Virus record (IMG/VR): IMGVR_UViG_3300046171_000155
Reading direction: 5' to 3' (one strand)
Length of the DNA stretch: 64,000 nucleotides
Origin: a virus
The translations under genes and the position numbers were made by a program. The notes below the pieces were generated by a model. The model was not told where the DNA came from, did no database searches, and was given only the letters and a program-made list of their open reading frames with translations. Below, in pieces: positions 37,546 to 48,400 of this stretch. The stretch's first letter is position 1. Every line of letters starts with the position of its first letter.

Positions 37546-39162
37546 TTACCAAAAATCGTCTTCTGCAGTGCGATCTGGCAGCTGCCACCCAAATCCAGGA
37601 TGCAGTACTTCTGCTTCTGGAACGAAGTCCCGACCGTCATCTATTATACCAAATGGTAGTATATCGTCTTCTATTTCTTTCATTCGTTGTTCAAACAACA
37701 TAGACTTCAGGTCTACGTCATATAGGTCACCGAAAGACTGTGTGCTCAAGTAGTAACCAAACATCACTAGGTTCATCATCAAGTCGTCGTGGTTACCATC
37801 ACTCGCTTCATACGACTGTCCTTTAGAAACAAACGTTGAGATTTCCATAATCGTGTTTTCATCGACGATCTCTAGTTTACCTGTTTCTAAAATGTCTTTG
37901 ATCCCAGAGCACCCTATGCGTTTGGTCTTTCTGTTCATCGTGACACCGATAGCGTCTGATTTGACCGCAGACTCTAGGTGTATGTTTTCATATTCTAGGT
38001 CTTGATATAGACCTTGACACACAAGTATCCCTGCATCATTATTTTCGATAATTACATATGCTTCGTTATAAAGAGTGCCATACTTATAAATAATGTTCGG
38101 GTAGAGTATTGGAGAAATAGAATTGTTTCGATATACACAAACTTGTTTGAATGGCCTTTGTGAAACGTCGATTACCGTAAATGTCGAGTAGTCCTGTCCT
38201 CTACCCTTACTAACATCCACAGTCATGATGTACATGTGATCTTCTACAGGTTCTTCGTATATCAGCAGACTACCACCCTCGTGGTGTGATAGAGGTGCGC
38301 GTGACCTCAAGTCTAACAACACCTGTCCTTCGATCAGTGTATTACCTGTCCCGAAGAATGTATTTCCGAATTCTTGATCAAACTGTAGACTAGATGTGTT
38401 TGCAATCGTTTGTTCTTTCCACTTCTCATCACGTCCTGGAACGTCCCACCAATCCACACGAAATGGTTTGTATTCGTTCACACCTTGTACGGCACCTTCC
38501 CAGATCTTATGATAAGTATTACCGATACCATTCGCGGTACTTGTTATTATAACTTTTGTGTCCTTACCCGATGAGATTACCGGATAGGTCGACGTGTAGA
38601 ACTCAGCAGCGTTTTCGACAAACGCAAACTCATCTAGGAATAGAAGGTTGACTGACATACCACGAATAGACGAACCGGATGTTGCCGCAGCGATGATACG
38701 AGAGTTGTTGGACAGTTCTATAGAACCTTTGTTGAGCGCCTTACATCCTGGCTGAAGAAAGAACGGCAGATTCTCTAACATAAGCGTGACACGCGCCAGC
38801 ATTTCTCTTGCAGTCATACCTTTGTTCGCGAGGATCGCGATGGTCTTCTCTGGGTGAAAGAGTGCGTACCACAACAAGTAACCAACCGAACTGATAGACT
38901 TACCGGACTGACGACATGCCAATACGATATTGAATCGGTTGTTGTTGAAGTGTTCGAACATCTTTTCCTGATACGGATAGAGTTTGAACGGCACGAGACC
39001 TTTGTCTAGGTGAATGACCTTGACATACTTCTTACAGAAATATGATGGGTCCTTCATGCATTTCTTATACTCACGCAGCTTCTTGGCGTCCCATTCTTCT
39101 GCGACACCATCTCTTTTTACGTTAGGATTTCCGAGGTAAGATTCTTTTGTATAACTACTCAT
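37546..39162 (-). CDS. gp17: Terminase large subunit gp17
   Basis: YLGNPNVK, CRQSGKS, LFLDEFAFV, TSTANG, DVSKGRGQDYS, HDDLMM. Confidence 0.97.
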   Translation of the reverse strand: MSSYTKESYLGNPNVKRDGVAEEWDAKKLREYKKCMKDPSYFCKKYVKVIHLDKGLVPFKLYPYQEKMFEHFNNNRFNIVLACRQSGKSISSVGYLLWYALFHPEKTIAILANKGMTAREMLARVTLMLENLPFFLQPGCKALNKGSIELSNNSRIIAAATSGSSIRGMSVNLLFLDEFAFVENAAEFYTSTYPVISSGKDTKVIITSTANGIGNTYHKIWEGAVQGVNEYKPFRVDWWDVPGRDEKWKEQTIANTSSLQFDQEFGNTFFGTGNTLIEGQVLLDLRSRAPLSHHEGGSLLIYEEPVEDHMYIMTVDVSKGRGQDYSTFTVIDVSQRPFKQVCVYRNNSISPILYPNIIYKYGTLYNEAYVIIENNDAGILVCQGLYQDLEYENIHLESAVKSDAIGVTMNRKTKRIGCSGIKDILETGKLEIVDENTIMEISTFVSKGQSYEASDGNHDDLMMNLVMFGYYLSTQSFGDLYDVDLKSMLFEQRMKEIEDDILPFGIIDDGRDFVPEAEVLHPGFGWQLPDRTAEDDFW

Positions 39163-39541
39163 CTTCGTCTTGGTCTATAACTTTCTCATCACCCAACAGC
39201 ATACGCTGCAATTCTGTAGTAGACCCGACAAATAGATTATTATTAGTAGTTTTTGCTTCGGCAGGTTTGTCTTCTTTCTGAAGTTCTTTTTGTTTCTTGT
39301 TGAGGTCCATCAACTTGTCATTGACATCTGCGATGCCCTTGATCATGCCAGACAGAACCTCAAACGCACGAGGGTGTTCACTCTCCCGCGCGACTTCAAT
39401 CATGAGTTCTAGGGACTCGCGACCTTTCTCAATTAAGTCATAGTAAGTATCGCGAGAGTACTCATAGTCCTGTTCATGGACAAAGTTCTTTTTCTGGTCT
39501 TCGTCAAAAAGTCCAGGTGGTTTACGATTGTCTCTCATCAC
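39155..39541 (-). CDS. gp16: Terminase small subunit gp16
   Basis: DYEYSR, ESEHPRAFEV, NNLFVGSTTELQRML. Confidence 0.92.
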   Translation of the reverse strand: MMRDNRKPPGLFDEDQKKNFVHEQDYEYSRDTYYDLIEKGRESLELMIEVARESEHPRAFEVLSGMIKGIADVNDKLMDLNKKQKELQKEDKPAEAKTTNNNLFVGSTTELQRMLLGDEKVIDQDEDE

Positions 39542-40280
39542 TTATCACCAAGTTAAAACCATAATCACTGTCTGGGGTCACATCAATCGGATCTGGAGTC
39601 ACCGTTATTAATTCCGCAAACTCGTTGTCATTAGTATTTAGATCGACATTAACCTCGCGAATAACTGGTCCAGACTGTACAGGACCGTAGAAGTTCATCT
39701 TCATATCAAACGATAGAGTGTATATAATAGTTCGTCTCTGTTCAATCGCGCCTTCGAAGTCGTCTGATAAATTGACACCAACAAGTGATACAGGGACGTC
39801 TTCTTTGATATCAGGTTCGTCTGTAAATGGTTTGACTGTCAACGTATATTGCGGCGCAAAGTATGGTATGACTTGTTCTACGACTTGCAGCGCATCATCT
39901 TGTGACTTTGCATAAATGTGAAGTTCAAAACTAATTGTATAAGGTACGCCCACATATCTGCGAAATTGAGAGTCGTCGTTAGATGTAACATAACTATTAA
40001 TCTTAGGAAGTTGTCGAGTAGGGTCATATATGATGGAGACGATCTCGAAAGACATCCTAGGAAGTTTAAGTGCGACCCTGCGTTCTGCTTCTTCGCCGTT
40101 TGTCATCTCCTCTAGACGCTCTATGAACGATCTGGCGGGTGCATATGACAGAGGCACCTTTACTTGAGATAATACCTTTCCGCTTGATGCGGTGCGCAGT
40201 ATATTGATGTTATCAAACATAGAACCAAACAGCGCAACACAAGTGCGCACACGTTTGTGATAGAAGTGTCCGCCCATCAT
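39522..40280 (-). CDS. gp15: Tail sheath stabiliser gp15
   Basis: FYHKRVR, FGSMFDNI, KVPLSYAP, LPRMSFE, QVVEQVIPYF. Confidence 0.92.
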   Translation of the reverse strand: MMGGHFYHKRVRTCVALFGSMFDNINILRTASSGKVLSQVKVPLSYAPARSFIERLEEMTNGEEAERRVALKLPRMSFEIVSIIYDPTRQLPKINSYVTSNDDSQFRRYVGVPYTISFELHIYAKSQDDALQVVEQVIPYFAPQYTLTVKPFTDEPDIKEDVPVSLVGVNLSDDFEGAIEQRRTIIYTLSFDMKMNFYGPVQSGPVIREVNVDLNTNDNEFAELITVTPDPIDVTPDSDYGFNLVISDERQS

Positions 40281-41161
40281 GGTGTTAGATCTCCAAACGG
40301 ATTAGACTCTGTGAAGTCTAGGAAGTCTTCTGCAAAGTCATCAAAGGTGCGTTTCTGCGCTAAGCGATCAATCTCGTTGATCCCCTCTTCTTCAGAAATA
40401 GGTGTGAGTGACGCATACTCACCAATAACAGGTCTGTCTGTTGCCCACTCGTGATACTTACCATCTGTACCGCCAGTATGTGCAATCTTGAGAATACGCG
40501 TGTCGTGATTCCAAGAAGTGACTTCGCCCTCAAGACGGAAGTCATCGAACTCTTGATAAACATCTTCGCCGACAAGGTAATAGATCTCACGACCCATGCC
40601 TTCGTCTGGCATCTTGAGTTCGTATTGGAATGCGCCTTCGACTTCAACATTATCAATTCCAGGAATACCAGTGTCGAAGTCTTCGTCTGAGAACTCGAAC
40701 AACTCGCATTGCATACGGAACAGAGGTAGTTGAGATAGCTGATAGAAAGGAGACTCGGTCTCTACTTTCATAACTTGGAATAATGATTCGGATAACGGCA
40801 AGTATATAACATCACCTTCACGTGGACGGAATTGTGCATCTGAAAGACGATCACCAATCAAGTGTTTCCATCTACGACGTGCGATAACAAATGTCGCCTG
40901 ATCACGCAACTCAATACCGAACTTAGTGAACAGATCGCCCTCTCCTTCGAAACCTTCTGTGTTCTCGATGTACACTTCTACTTTGTAGGCGTCAGAGAAC
41001 TGAGACTGGATGCTGTCAAGGAAGATATCCTCTGACGCCACAATCTCGCGAGGCAGATAATATACATCCTGACCATACATCTTGATCGACTCAATGATCA
41101 GATCTTCATACAAGTCTTGTTCTGGACGATACTTCTGTGAAAAATATGGGTTAGTAGCCAT
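40277..41161 (-). CDS. gp14: Neck protein gp14
   Basis: ESIKMYGQDVYYLPR, FTKFGIELRD, RPREGDVIY, DFTESNPFG. Confidence 0.93.
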   Translation of the reverse strand: MATNPYFSQKYRPEQDLYEDLIIESIKMYGQDVYYLPREIVASEDIFLDSIQSQFSDAYKVEVYIENTEGFEGEGDLFTKFGIELRDQATFVIARRRWKHLIGDRLSDAQFRPREGDVIYLPLSESLFQVMKVETESPFYQLSQLPLFRMQCELFEFSDEDFDTGIPGIDNVEVEGAFQYELKMPDEGMGREIYYLVGEDVYQEFDDFRLEGEVTSWNHDTRILKIAHTGGTDGKYHEWATDRPVIGEYASLTPISEEEGINEIDRLAQKRTFDDFAEDFLDFTESNPFGDLTP

Positions 41162-41164
41162 AAC

Positions 41165-41935
41165 TTACCCCATGAAGAAAATTGGACCTTCGTCCTCTTC
41201 TTCTCTAAATTTAGTCATAATGCGTTCGATGTCTTGCAATGCATCTTCATAGATCTGCCTTGCATTGACCGTGGTGCCGCCTGGTAATACCATACCGTCA
41301 AACTTGATCAGATTGAGACCCCACTGTCTTTTGATAAGCGCAGTAGCGTATTCTTTTACAAACTTGTGGTTCCAGAGAGAGTTGTATTCGTTTACTGAGT
41401 CGTCTGGGTTTCGAATGCCATAAACCTCAAAAACGACATAATCACCTTCTGTCATATTGTGTTTCGAAATATGCAGATTGACACGGTTGTATTGTCTGTC
41501 GAATGTAATCTGTGGTGTGCCCACTAGTTTCATATCAAGTAATGACAGATGTTGTTGCATAGATTCGTAGTGCGCAAGGTCTGCCATATAACCACCACCA
41601 CTTGTAAAGTCGGTGACAGTAAACTTGACTAGTTGCCATGCATCACTAAACCAACCTGACTGGGTTGCAGTCCAAGACATAGGCAACATTCGAACTACCG
41701 CAGACAAGTCTAAATCATCAGCAAAGTCAATATACTTATTTTCAATATCTTGTGCGGTTAGTTGGTGCTTTAGATAGTAACGGCGAGAACCGTCTGGATG
41801 ATGTTCACGAAACCACTGTAACGCTTCATCTATGCGATCGTCTAATTGCTCTTCGTCAATGTTTATCTCAACGACAGGGTGACCTAACGCCCTCAAGCAA
41901 TAATCTATCAATTCGTCTCGGTCAGTAGAATACAT
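41165..41935 (-). CDS. gp13: Neck protein gp13
   Basis: LIDYCLRALGHPVVEIN, YATALIKRQWGLNLIKF, LPGG. Confidence 0.93.
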   Translation of the reverse strand: MYSTDRDELIDYCLRALGHPVVEINIDEEQLDDRIDEALQWFREHHPDGSRRYYLKHQLTAQDIENKYIDFADDLDLSAVVRMLPMSWTATQSGWFSDAWQLVKFTVTDFTSGGGYMADLAHYESMQQHLSLLDMKLVGTPQITFDRQYNRVNLHISKHNMTEGDYVVFEVYGIRNPDDSVNEYNSLWNHKFVKEYATALIKRQWGLNLIKFDGMVLPGGTTVNARQIYEDALQDIERIMTKFREEEDEGPIFFMG

Positions 41936-41960
41936 GTTAGTGTCCAATAAAGATTATTTC

Positions 41961-41981
41961 TATTTATACCTTCTATTTATA
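41961..41981 (-). promoter_or_regulatory. Two tandem late promoters TATAAATA (41961-68 and 41974-81)
   Basis: Two exact matches 13 nt apart upstream of gp13. Confidence 0.75.
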
Positions 41982-41988
41982 CAAATAT

Positions 41989-42011
41989 AAAAAAAGGGGA
42001 CCGAAGTCCCC
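41989..42011 (-). terminator. Intrinsic terminator with cUUCGg tetraloop
   Basis: GGGGAC-TTCG-GTCCCC followed by T7. Confidence 0.88.
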
Positions 42012-42033
42012 TTTCTTATTCACTAATCTGAGA

Positions 42034-45000
42034 TTAGTTAACTAGAGTACCAGCAACATTATAAACGTTGATACGGTAGTAAGTACCTTCCTGACCATCT
42101 AGCTTGTCAGCGTCATCTGAAGCAACAGACTCGGCAACACGTAGTGAAGACTCAGCTTCTGTTTCGTCAACTGAAATTTCACCAGTTGTTGAGTTGTACG
42201 TGATACATAGACCACCAGATAGGCAATCTTTAGTGCGTTGCTCTGTCCAGTACTTGTTGACTGAACCTTCTGATACATTATCAGTGTTCCATGCTTCGAT
42301 TCCTGTTACAGAACCTTCTAGTGCAGAGATGCGTGTGGTGTTAGAAGTAACAACACCTGTAATACTATCGTCTGCCGACTGGAATGCTGCAACGATCTCT
42401 GTTAGAGAATCTAGAGCAGCTGGATCAGTGTTAGAAGTGATGAAATCGATTTGAGCTTGAAGCGCACTATCGCCAGACTGACGATCACCGATCTCTGTGT
42501 TTAGAGCTGCAGTGATTGCGTTATCGCCTGCGATACGAGCATCTGCTTCGTCACTGATATCGCCAGCCAGAGCAAGATCTGCAGAGGCGCGAACTGCCGC
42601 TTCTGCGTCAATGTTATTCTGTAGGACACCGTCTGCCGCGATACGCGCAGCTTCTTCTGCATCGATTGCGTCTTGTAGGTCACTTACATCACCGCTTGTA
42701 GAACCGCTTAGTGCAGTGATTTGAGACTGCAAATTAGCGTCTGCAGCGGTACGTGCCGTACTTTCAACTGCAAGTGCCGCAGCCGCAACCGCTGTTACAT
42801 CCGAGTCACCACCATCAACATATGACTTGTTTGCAGCAAGATTTGCTGAAGTTGGTTCGTCAACGATTACTTGTGAACCACCGAAGTGTACTAGACCATC
42901 TTGCCAATCAATAGTTGATCCTGGCTGTTCTACCTTTAGTGTTCCTTCAACTACGATTTGGTTAGAAGCAATACGACCTTGAATGTAATCAGTGAACTCG
43001 TAGTCTGTTCCGTTCCACTTCAAGAAATCACCAGAATCCGCAGCAGAAACATTCAAGTGTTGGTCGATCTCTGCCTTAGTAGCAGTACCGAAACCACCAC
43101 CAGTGATTGTTGATGAACCGAAGTTTATTATAGAACCTTCGAAATCAACAGTTCCTGTTTGAACTTTTAGGTCATTCGATTCAATTGTGTCAATGAATCC
43201 ACGGTTAGCGTAAACATCATTAGCGTTCTTGATGTTGTTACTATCCATGTCAACTTCAGCAGTCATCTGAATATCAGTTGAACCTGAAGATGTGCTGATA
43301 CCCGCAGTACGTGCGTTCGTTGCAGCAATTGCCGAAGCGTTTACGCCTTCAGCAGCAGTTGCGCGAGCAACTTCTGCGTCATGGTCTACTTGACTTGCCT
43401 TAGTAGCAATCGAAGCAGTAACAGTTGATGCGAAGTTCGCGTCGTCGCCAAGTGCCGCAGCTAGTTCGTTCAATGTGTCTAGTGCCGCAGGAGCAGCATC
43501 TACTGTAGCAGCAACAACCTGATCAGCATATGCCTTGGCATCTGCTTCAGCAGCGTCTGCTTTCGCGGTTGCGTCAGCGGATGCAGTTGAGATTGCTTCT
43601 GACTTAGCAGTAGCGATTGCAGTAGTTAGAGATGAAGTATCTCCAGACTGAGTTGCAGCCAATGCGTCTAGTTCTGAGTGTACTTCGTTGATCGCTGGAA
43701 CAACTTGAGTTGCAGTTGTGTCTAGTGAAACAGTTGGTGGTTCAGTAGTCTTTAAACTCAGACCAGAAAATCGCAAAGCTTTATCGGAACCCGCCTGATT
43801 AACAATGAATACTACATCCATACTTGTCTGTGTAGCAGTAAATGTTTCACTATACTCTGTAGCTACACCGTTGGTGATAGGTATATATTCGACAGTATTG
43901 CTAGGATGAGATCCGGAAGTGATTACATCTCCGTCAGTAACTTGAATAGAACCACTACCAGTAGTAGATTGAGTAGTTGTTGATAATGTATATTCTTCCC
44001 CAACTGTCAATCCTGTGATTCTCTGGTGTGCAACATATGCCTGACCGCCTCTAGTAAAAGTTCCGATACCGCTTACCGAATTAGTAGCATTAGGGCCCCA
44101 ATCATTGACATAATATGCAGAAGCACTGTTGCTATAGAGTTCTGCATGTACTGGTGGTGCGCCCTTAACATACGTGTCAAGTGTAGCAACCGTAGTCTTG
44201 TCTTCTTTCAGCGCAAGAGCAGCAGTAGTTGCGGCATCGTCTGCCTTAGTGGCAATCGAAGCAGTAACAGTTGATGCAAAGTTTGCGTCGTCACCAAGTG
44301 CAGCTGCCAACTCGTTAAGAGTATCCAGTGCAGCAGGAGCGGCGTCAACAGTTGCAGCGACAACTTGATCGGCATATGCTTTAGCGTCTGATTCTGCCTG
44401 ATCTGCCTTAGTAGTTGCATCTGCAGCAGCAGTTGAGATTGCTTCTGACTTAGCAGTTGCAACAGCAACGGTCAGTGCATCGACTTCAGTGTGTAGTTCG
44501 TTGACCGCTGGAACAACTTGAGTTGCAGTTGTATCTAACGCAAGAGGACTAGTGACACTAGGTGATGATACTGTTATGTCAGAGAAACGCATCTGGTCCC
44601 CGTGACCATTAACAATGAACACTATGTCCATAGTTGATTCGGTAACAGTAAACTGCTGTTCTAGTGTTGTACCTGCATCGTCTCCAGTAACTAATAATGT
44701 AGCGCTAACAGTTCCTGGCGTTGGGAAGTTAGAGCTCTCAGGGAACGTCGCTGCACCATTAACCATGTAGATGTAACCAGTCTCAGTGGTTGTGTGTACA
44801 GATGCACTTAATGTATATGTCGCACCAACTTCTAAGTTAGTTAGTCTCTTGTATGCAACATATGCATAACCACCATTGTATCTTTGGAAAGATACGTGGT
44901 CGCCATTGTTGTAGAAACTACCTTCATGTACTGCACCTGCGTGGTACATGCCAGAAACAGTCGTAATATCACCGTATGCATCAAGAGGTTCACCATGACC

Positions 45001-45366
45001 TTTAACAAACGTGTCAAGTGCATCAACATCAGCAGGAGTCGCAACACCACTTGTTAAAGTAGCATTAATTGTAGCAATGTCGGATGAGTTAGACGCAACA
45101 CTTGCCACTAGGTTTGTATCTGCATCTTGGAATGCAGTTACGATTTCTTGTAATGTATCCAGAGTTTCTGGAGACGTACCTAGAATCGCGGTAACTTGCG
45201 CTTGCAGGTCTGCGATGTCAGCAGCAGTTAACTCTGCTACTGCTTCTTGGATGGCACCTGCGACAACTTTGCCGTCAGCACCAATAACAATAACGTCGTC
45301 GATGGAAAGTCCACCACCGTGGATATCGGCTCCGTTCTGTATTCTAAATTTTTTATTTGTAGACAT
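42034..45366 (-). CDS. Fibre/whisker protein with coiled-coil segments and two CBM-like beta domains
   Basis: APAALDTLNELAAALGDDANFA x2, LDSLTEIV nodes, duplicated beta-rich module; fibritin (wac) position upstream of gp13. Confidence 0.7.
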   Translation of the reverse strand: MSTNKKFRIQNGADIHGGGLSIDDVIVIGADGKVVAGAIQEAVAELTAADIADLQAQVTAILGTSPETLDTLQEIVTAFQDADTNLVASVASNSSDIATINATLTSGVATPADVDALDTFVKGHGEPLDAYGDITTVSGMYHAGAVHEGSFYNNGDHVSFQRYNGGYAYVAYKRLTNLEVGATYTLSASVHTTTETGYIYMVNGAATFPESSNFPTPGTVSATLLVTGDDAGTTLEQQFTVTESTMDIVFIVNGHGDQMRFSDITVSSPSVTSPLALDTTATQVVPAVNELHTEVDALTVAVATAKSEAISTAAADATTKADQAESDAKAYADQVVAATVDAAPAALDTLNELAAALGDDANFASTVTASIATKADDAATTAALALKEDKTTVATLDTYVKGAPPVHAELYSNSASAYYVNDWGPNATNSVSGIGTFTRGGQAYVAHQRITGLTVGEEYTLSTTTQSTTGSGSIQVTDGDVITSGSHPSNTVEYIPITNGVATEYSETFTATQTSMDVVFIVNQAGSDKALRFSGLSLKTTEPPTVSLDTTATQVVPAINEVHSELDALAATQSGDTSSLTTAIATAKSEAISTASADATAKADAAEADAKAYADQVVAATVDAAPAALDTLNELAAALGDDANFASTVTASIATKASQVDHDAEVARATAAEGVNASAIAATNARTAGISTSSGSTDIQMTAEVDMDSNNIKNANDVYANRGFIDTIESNDLKVQTGTVDFEGSIINFGSSTITGGGFGTATKAEIDQHLNVSAADSGDFLKWNGTDYEFTDYIQGRIASNQIVVEGTLKVEQPGSTIDWQDGLVHFGGSQVIVDEPTSANLAANKSYVDGGDSDVTAVAAAALAVESTARTAADANLQSQITALSGSTSGDVSDLQDAIDAEEAARIAADGVLQNNIDAEAAVRASADLALAGDISDEADARIAGDNAITAALNTEIGDRQSGDSALQAQIDFITSNTDPAALDSLTEIVAAFQSADDSITGVVTSNTTRISALEGSVTGIEAWNTDNVSEGSVNKYWTEQRTKDCLSGGLCITYNSTTGEISVDETEAESSLRVAESVASDDADKLDGQEGTYYRINVYNVAGTLVN

Positions 45367-45394
45367 TTTGTTTACCTTTTAGAATTTTGATTGA

Positions 45395-45417
45395 GGGGGA
45401 GAGCTGATCTCTCCCCC
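45395..45417 (-). other. GC-rich intergenic hairpin without U-tract
   Basis: GGGGGAGAG-ATCAG-CTCTCCCCC. Confidence 0.55.
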
Positions 45418-45436
45418 GACTATTGTAAAGTTGTTA

Positions 45437-48400
45437 TTATGCGTCAACGTAAGTTACTGAGACAGAAACTACAGCACCAGCAGATTCAGCAGTGTACAAT
45501 AGTTCAACACTTGAACCGTTAACTTGTACATCTGTATCACCTAGCAATGAAGATCCAGTAAATACGATACCGTATTCTACGATTGATGCGTTAGTTCCGT
45601 CGTGGACAACTAGACATTCGCGAGTCTCAAACTCACCACCATTCTCTACAGTAACGATGTACTTAGCAGAACGATATGTGCCTTTGTTGAATGCCGAAAC
45701 GACTGTTGCAGATGTTCCTGCAATGATGTCGTTACCCTGCTCGAACACCTTGATGTTGTCTGCAAGAGTTTCTAGACCAACCGACTTAGGATCTAGTACA
45801 CCAACTGAGTTAGTAGACTGAGCAATTACTACTGCCTGTGTACCAACTGGGATCGCACTGTTAAATGTGATCTGCTGGTTAACCGCATCGATAGAGTAGT
45901 GAGTACCTGGATCCTGAATAACACCACCAACGAATACAATCGCGTTTTGATCTTGCGTGTAGAAGTTCAATGCGAATGTAGTCTGCGCACCGTCACCAGC
46001 CATTGTCTGACGCTGTGCGTTGTTGAATGCCAACTGAGTTGGATCTTGTAGAGACATTCCGTCTAGAGTGTTATTTACACGTAGGACGTAACCATTCTTA
46101 CCGTCGTATTCTGAATCAGTAACATCTGCAAGTTCTAGTAGAGTCTTAGCAGTGTCGATTGAGATTACACCAGTTGATGCGTTGTAAGATGCCTTACCTG
46201 CACCTTCAACATCTGTTAGAGATACTGAAGCACGAGCACGTTCTGTTGTGAAGTATTGGTTATCACCTTCTGCAACGTCATCTGTAGTGAACTGAGAGAT
46301 ATGTTGTGCCGCAAGACCTGCGTCCAACTGACCCTTGTTTACTGCGTCTGTCGCTACTGTTCCGTTCGCAACACCCTCAACCTTGTTGCCAGACATGTCC
46401 AAGTTACCAGACATTGAATCGCCTGACTTCTTGACACGAGCATCAATTTGAGTTTGTAGGTTTGCGTCCGCAGTAGCAAACTCACCACGAATCGCCGCAC
46501 CCTGTGCCGCACGATCAATGATCTCTTGTGCAAGTCCAGAAGCGTTAGTAGCGATATCTGTTTGGTTAGTTTGGATTAGTGATAGTAGATCACCGTCTCC
46601 AGACTGTAGTGCAGCAACGATCTCTGTTAGAGAATCAAGTGCCGCAGAGTCTGTGTTAGATACGACAAAGTCGATCTGAGACTGTAGTGATGCTTCAACA
46701 CCCTGTGCACGTGTAGACTCATCTACGATTGACTGTGCGTTAGTTGTGATTAGTACACCGTTGGCAACTTCTGCCGCTGTTGCACGAGCAACTTCAGCAG
46801 CTAGTGAAGCACGGATGTCCGAATCTTCTGAAGCACGGAATGCAACTTCTGCGTCAATCTGTGACTGTAGGTTACCCTTGTTTCCGTTGTGAGAGTTATC
46901 AACCGCCTTGATTGCCGCGTCTAGTTTCGCAGCAGCATCTGCCAATGAAGTAGATGCATTCAGGTAGTTAGTTGTTGTTGGAGTGACATAAGTTCCGTCA
47001 GTTGCAAGACCTGCACCCAACTGTGTAGCAGACATCTCTGTTTCTAGTACAGTAGTACGAGAATCTAGAGCATTGTCGGCAGCAGCACGAGCGTTTGCTT
47101 CTGCTGTGATCTTACCATCTAGAACATCATCTGCGTTTTCGCGTAGAGTTGCTTCGTTAGCAACGATTCCGTCTGCGTAAGTCTTAGCAGCAACTTCTGC
47201 GTCATCCGCTTCGTTTTCTGCGTAAGTCTGTGCAGAAGCAAGAACGACTGCGTCACGTGCGATGTAGTCTGTTTGATCGGTTGTACGATCAGCAGCTAGA
47301 TCAATACGGATCTGTGTATCTGCAGCAGTACGATCAGCGATCTCTTGTACTAGAGCGTCACTGTCAGCGTCTGCGCGAGACTCAGCAGCAGTCATACGAG
47401 CTTCTACTGCGTCTACTTCACCGTGAACTTCGTTTACTGCACCAGTGATTGTCTGTGCAGTTGTTTGGAATACACCAGTACCCAACTTAGTTTCTAGAGC
47501 GTCGATGTCACCTTCGTTGACAGTCAAACGACCATCTTGTGCGGTGTTCTTAGTCTCAACCGCGTCCATGCGAGATTCTAGAGAATCGCCACGACCTTCG
47601 ATTGAATCCATCTCTGTTTCTAGAGTTGAGATACGACCAGTATTAGAGTCTGCTTGAGTGTGTAACTCGTTTACAGCAGCAGTTACATTTGTCGCAACAG
47701 TTGCTAGAGTAGAAGTACCCATCTGAGACTGTAGAGTGTCAACATGACCTTCTTCAGTAGTCATACGACCTTCTAGTGAAGTTGCACGACCTTCTACTGC
47801 GTCCATTTCAGACTGTAGAGTATCGATTTCACCTTCAGCAGTTGTTACGCGACCTTCTAGAGCAGTTAGGTCACCAACTTCTATGTCTAGTTCAGCGTGC
47901 AGTTCGTTAACAGCAGCAGATAGATCAGTTGCAACAGTTGCTAGAGTAGCAGTTCCGACCTTAGTTTCTAGGTCGTCGATGTCACCTTCGTTTACAGTTG
48001 CGCGACCTTCTAGAGCAGTAGCACGTGCTTCAACAGCATCCATGTCTGCCTGTAGTTCGTCAACATGACCTTCTTCTGTAGTTACACGATTCTCTAGTGC
48101 AGTAAGATCAGCAGCTTCGCCGTCTAGTTCCGCATGTAGTTCGTTAATCGCGTCAGAAACATTTGTTGCAGTTGTGTGTAGAAGTGCAGAACCCTGCTTA
48201 GTTTCTAGGGCAGTTGCACGACCTTCAACACCACTCAAACGACCGTTCTGAACTAGTTGATCAGAATCTAGACCGTTTAGACGGTTTGTGTGAGCAACAT
48301 CTTTCGCTTCTAGGTCAGTAGCACGAACTTCAACAGCGTCCATTTCTGATTCTAGAGTAGTTAGACGACCACCGTTAGCATCGATAACACCTTGTAGATC

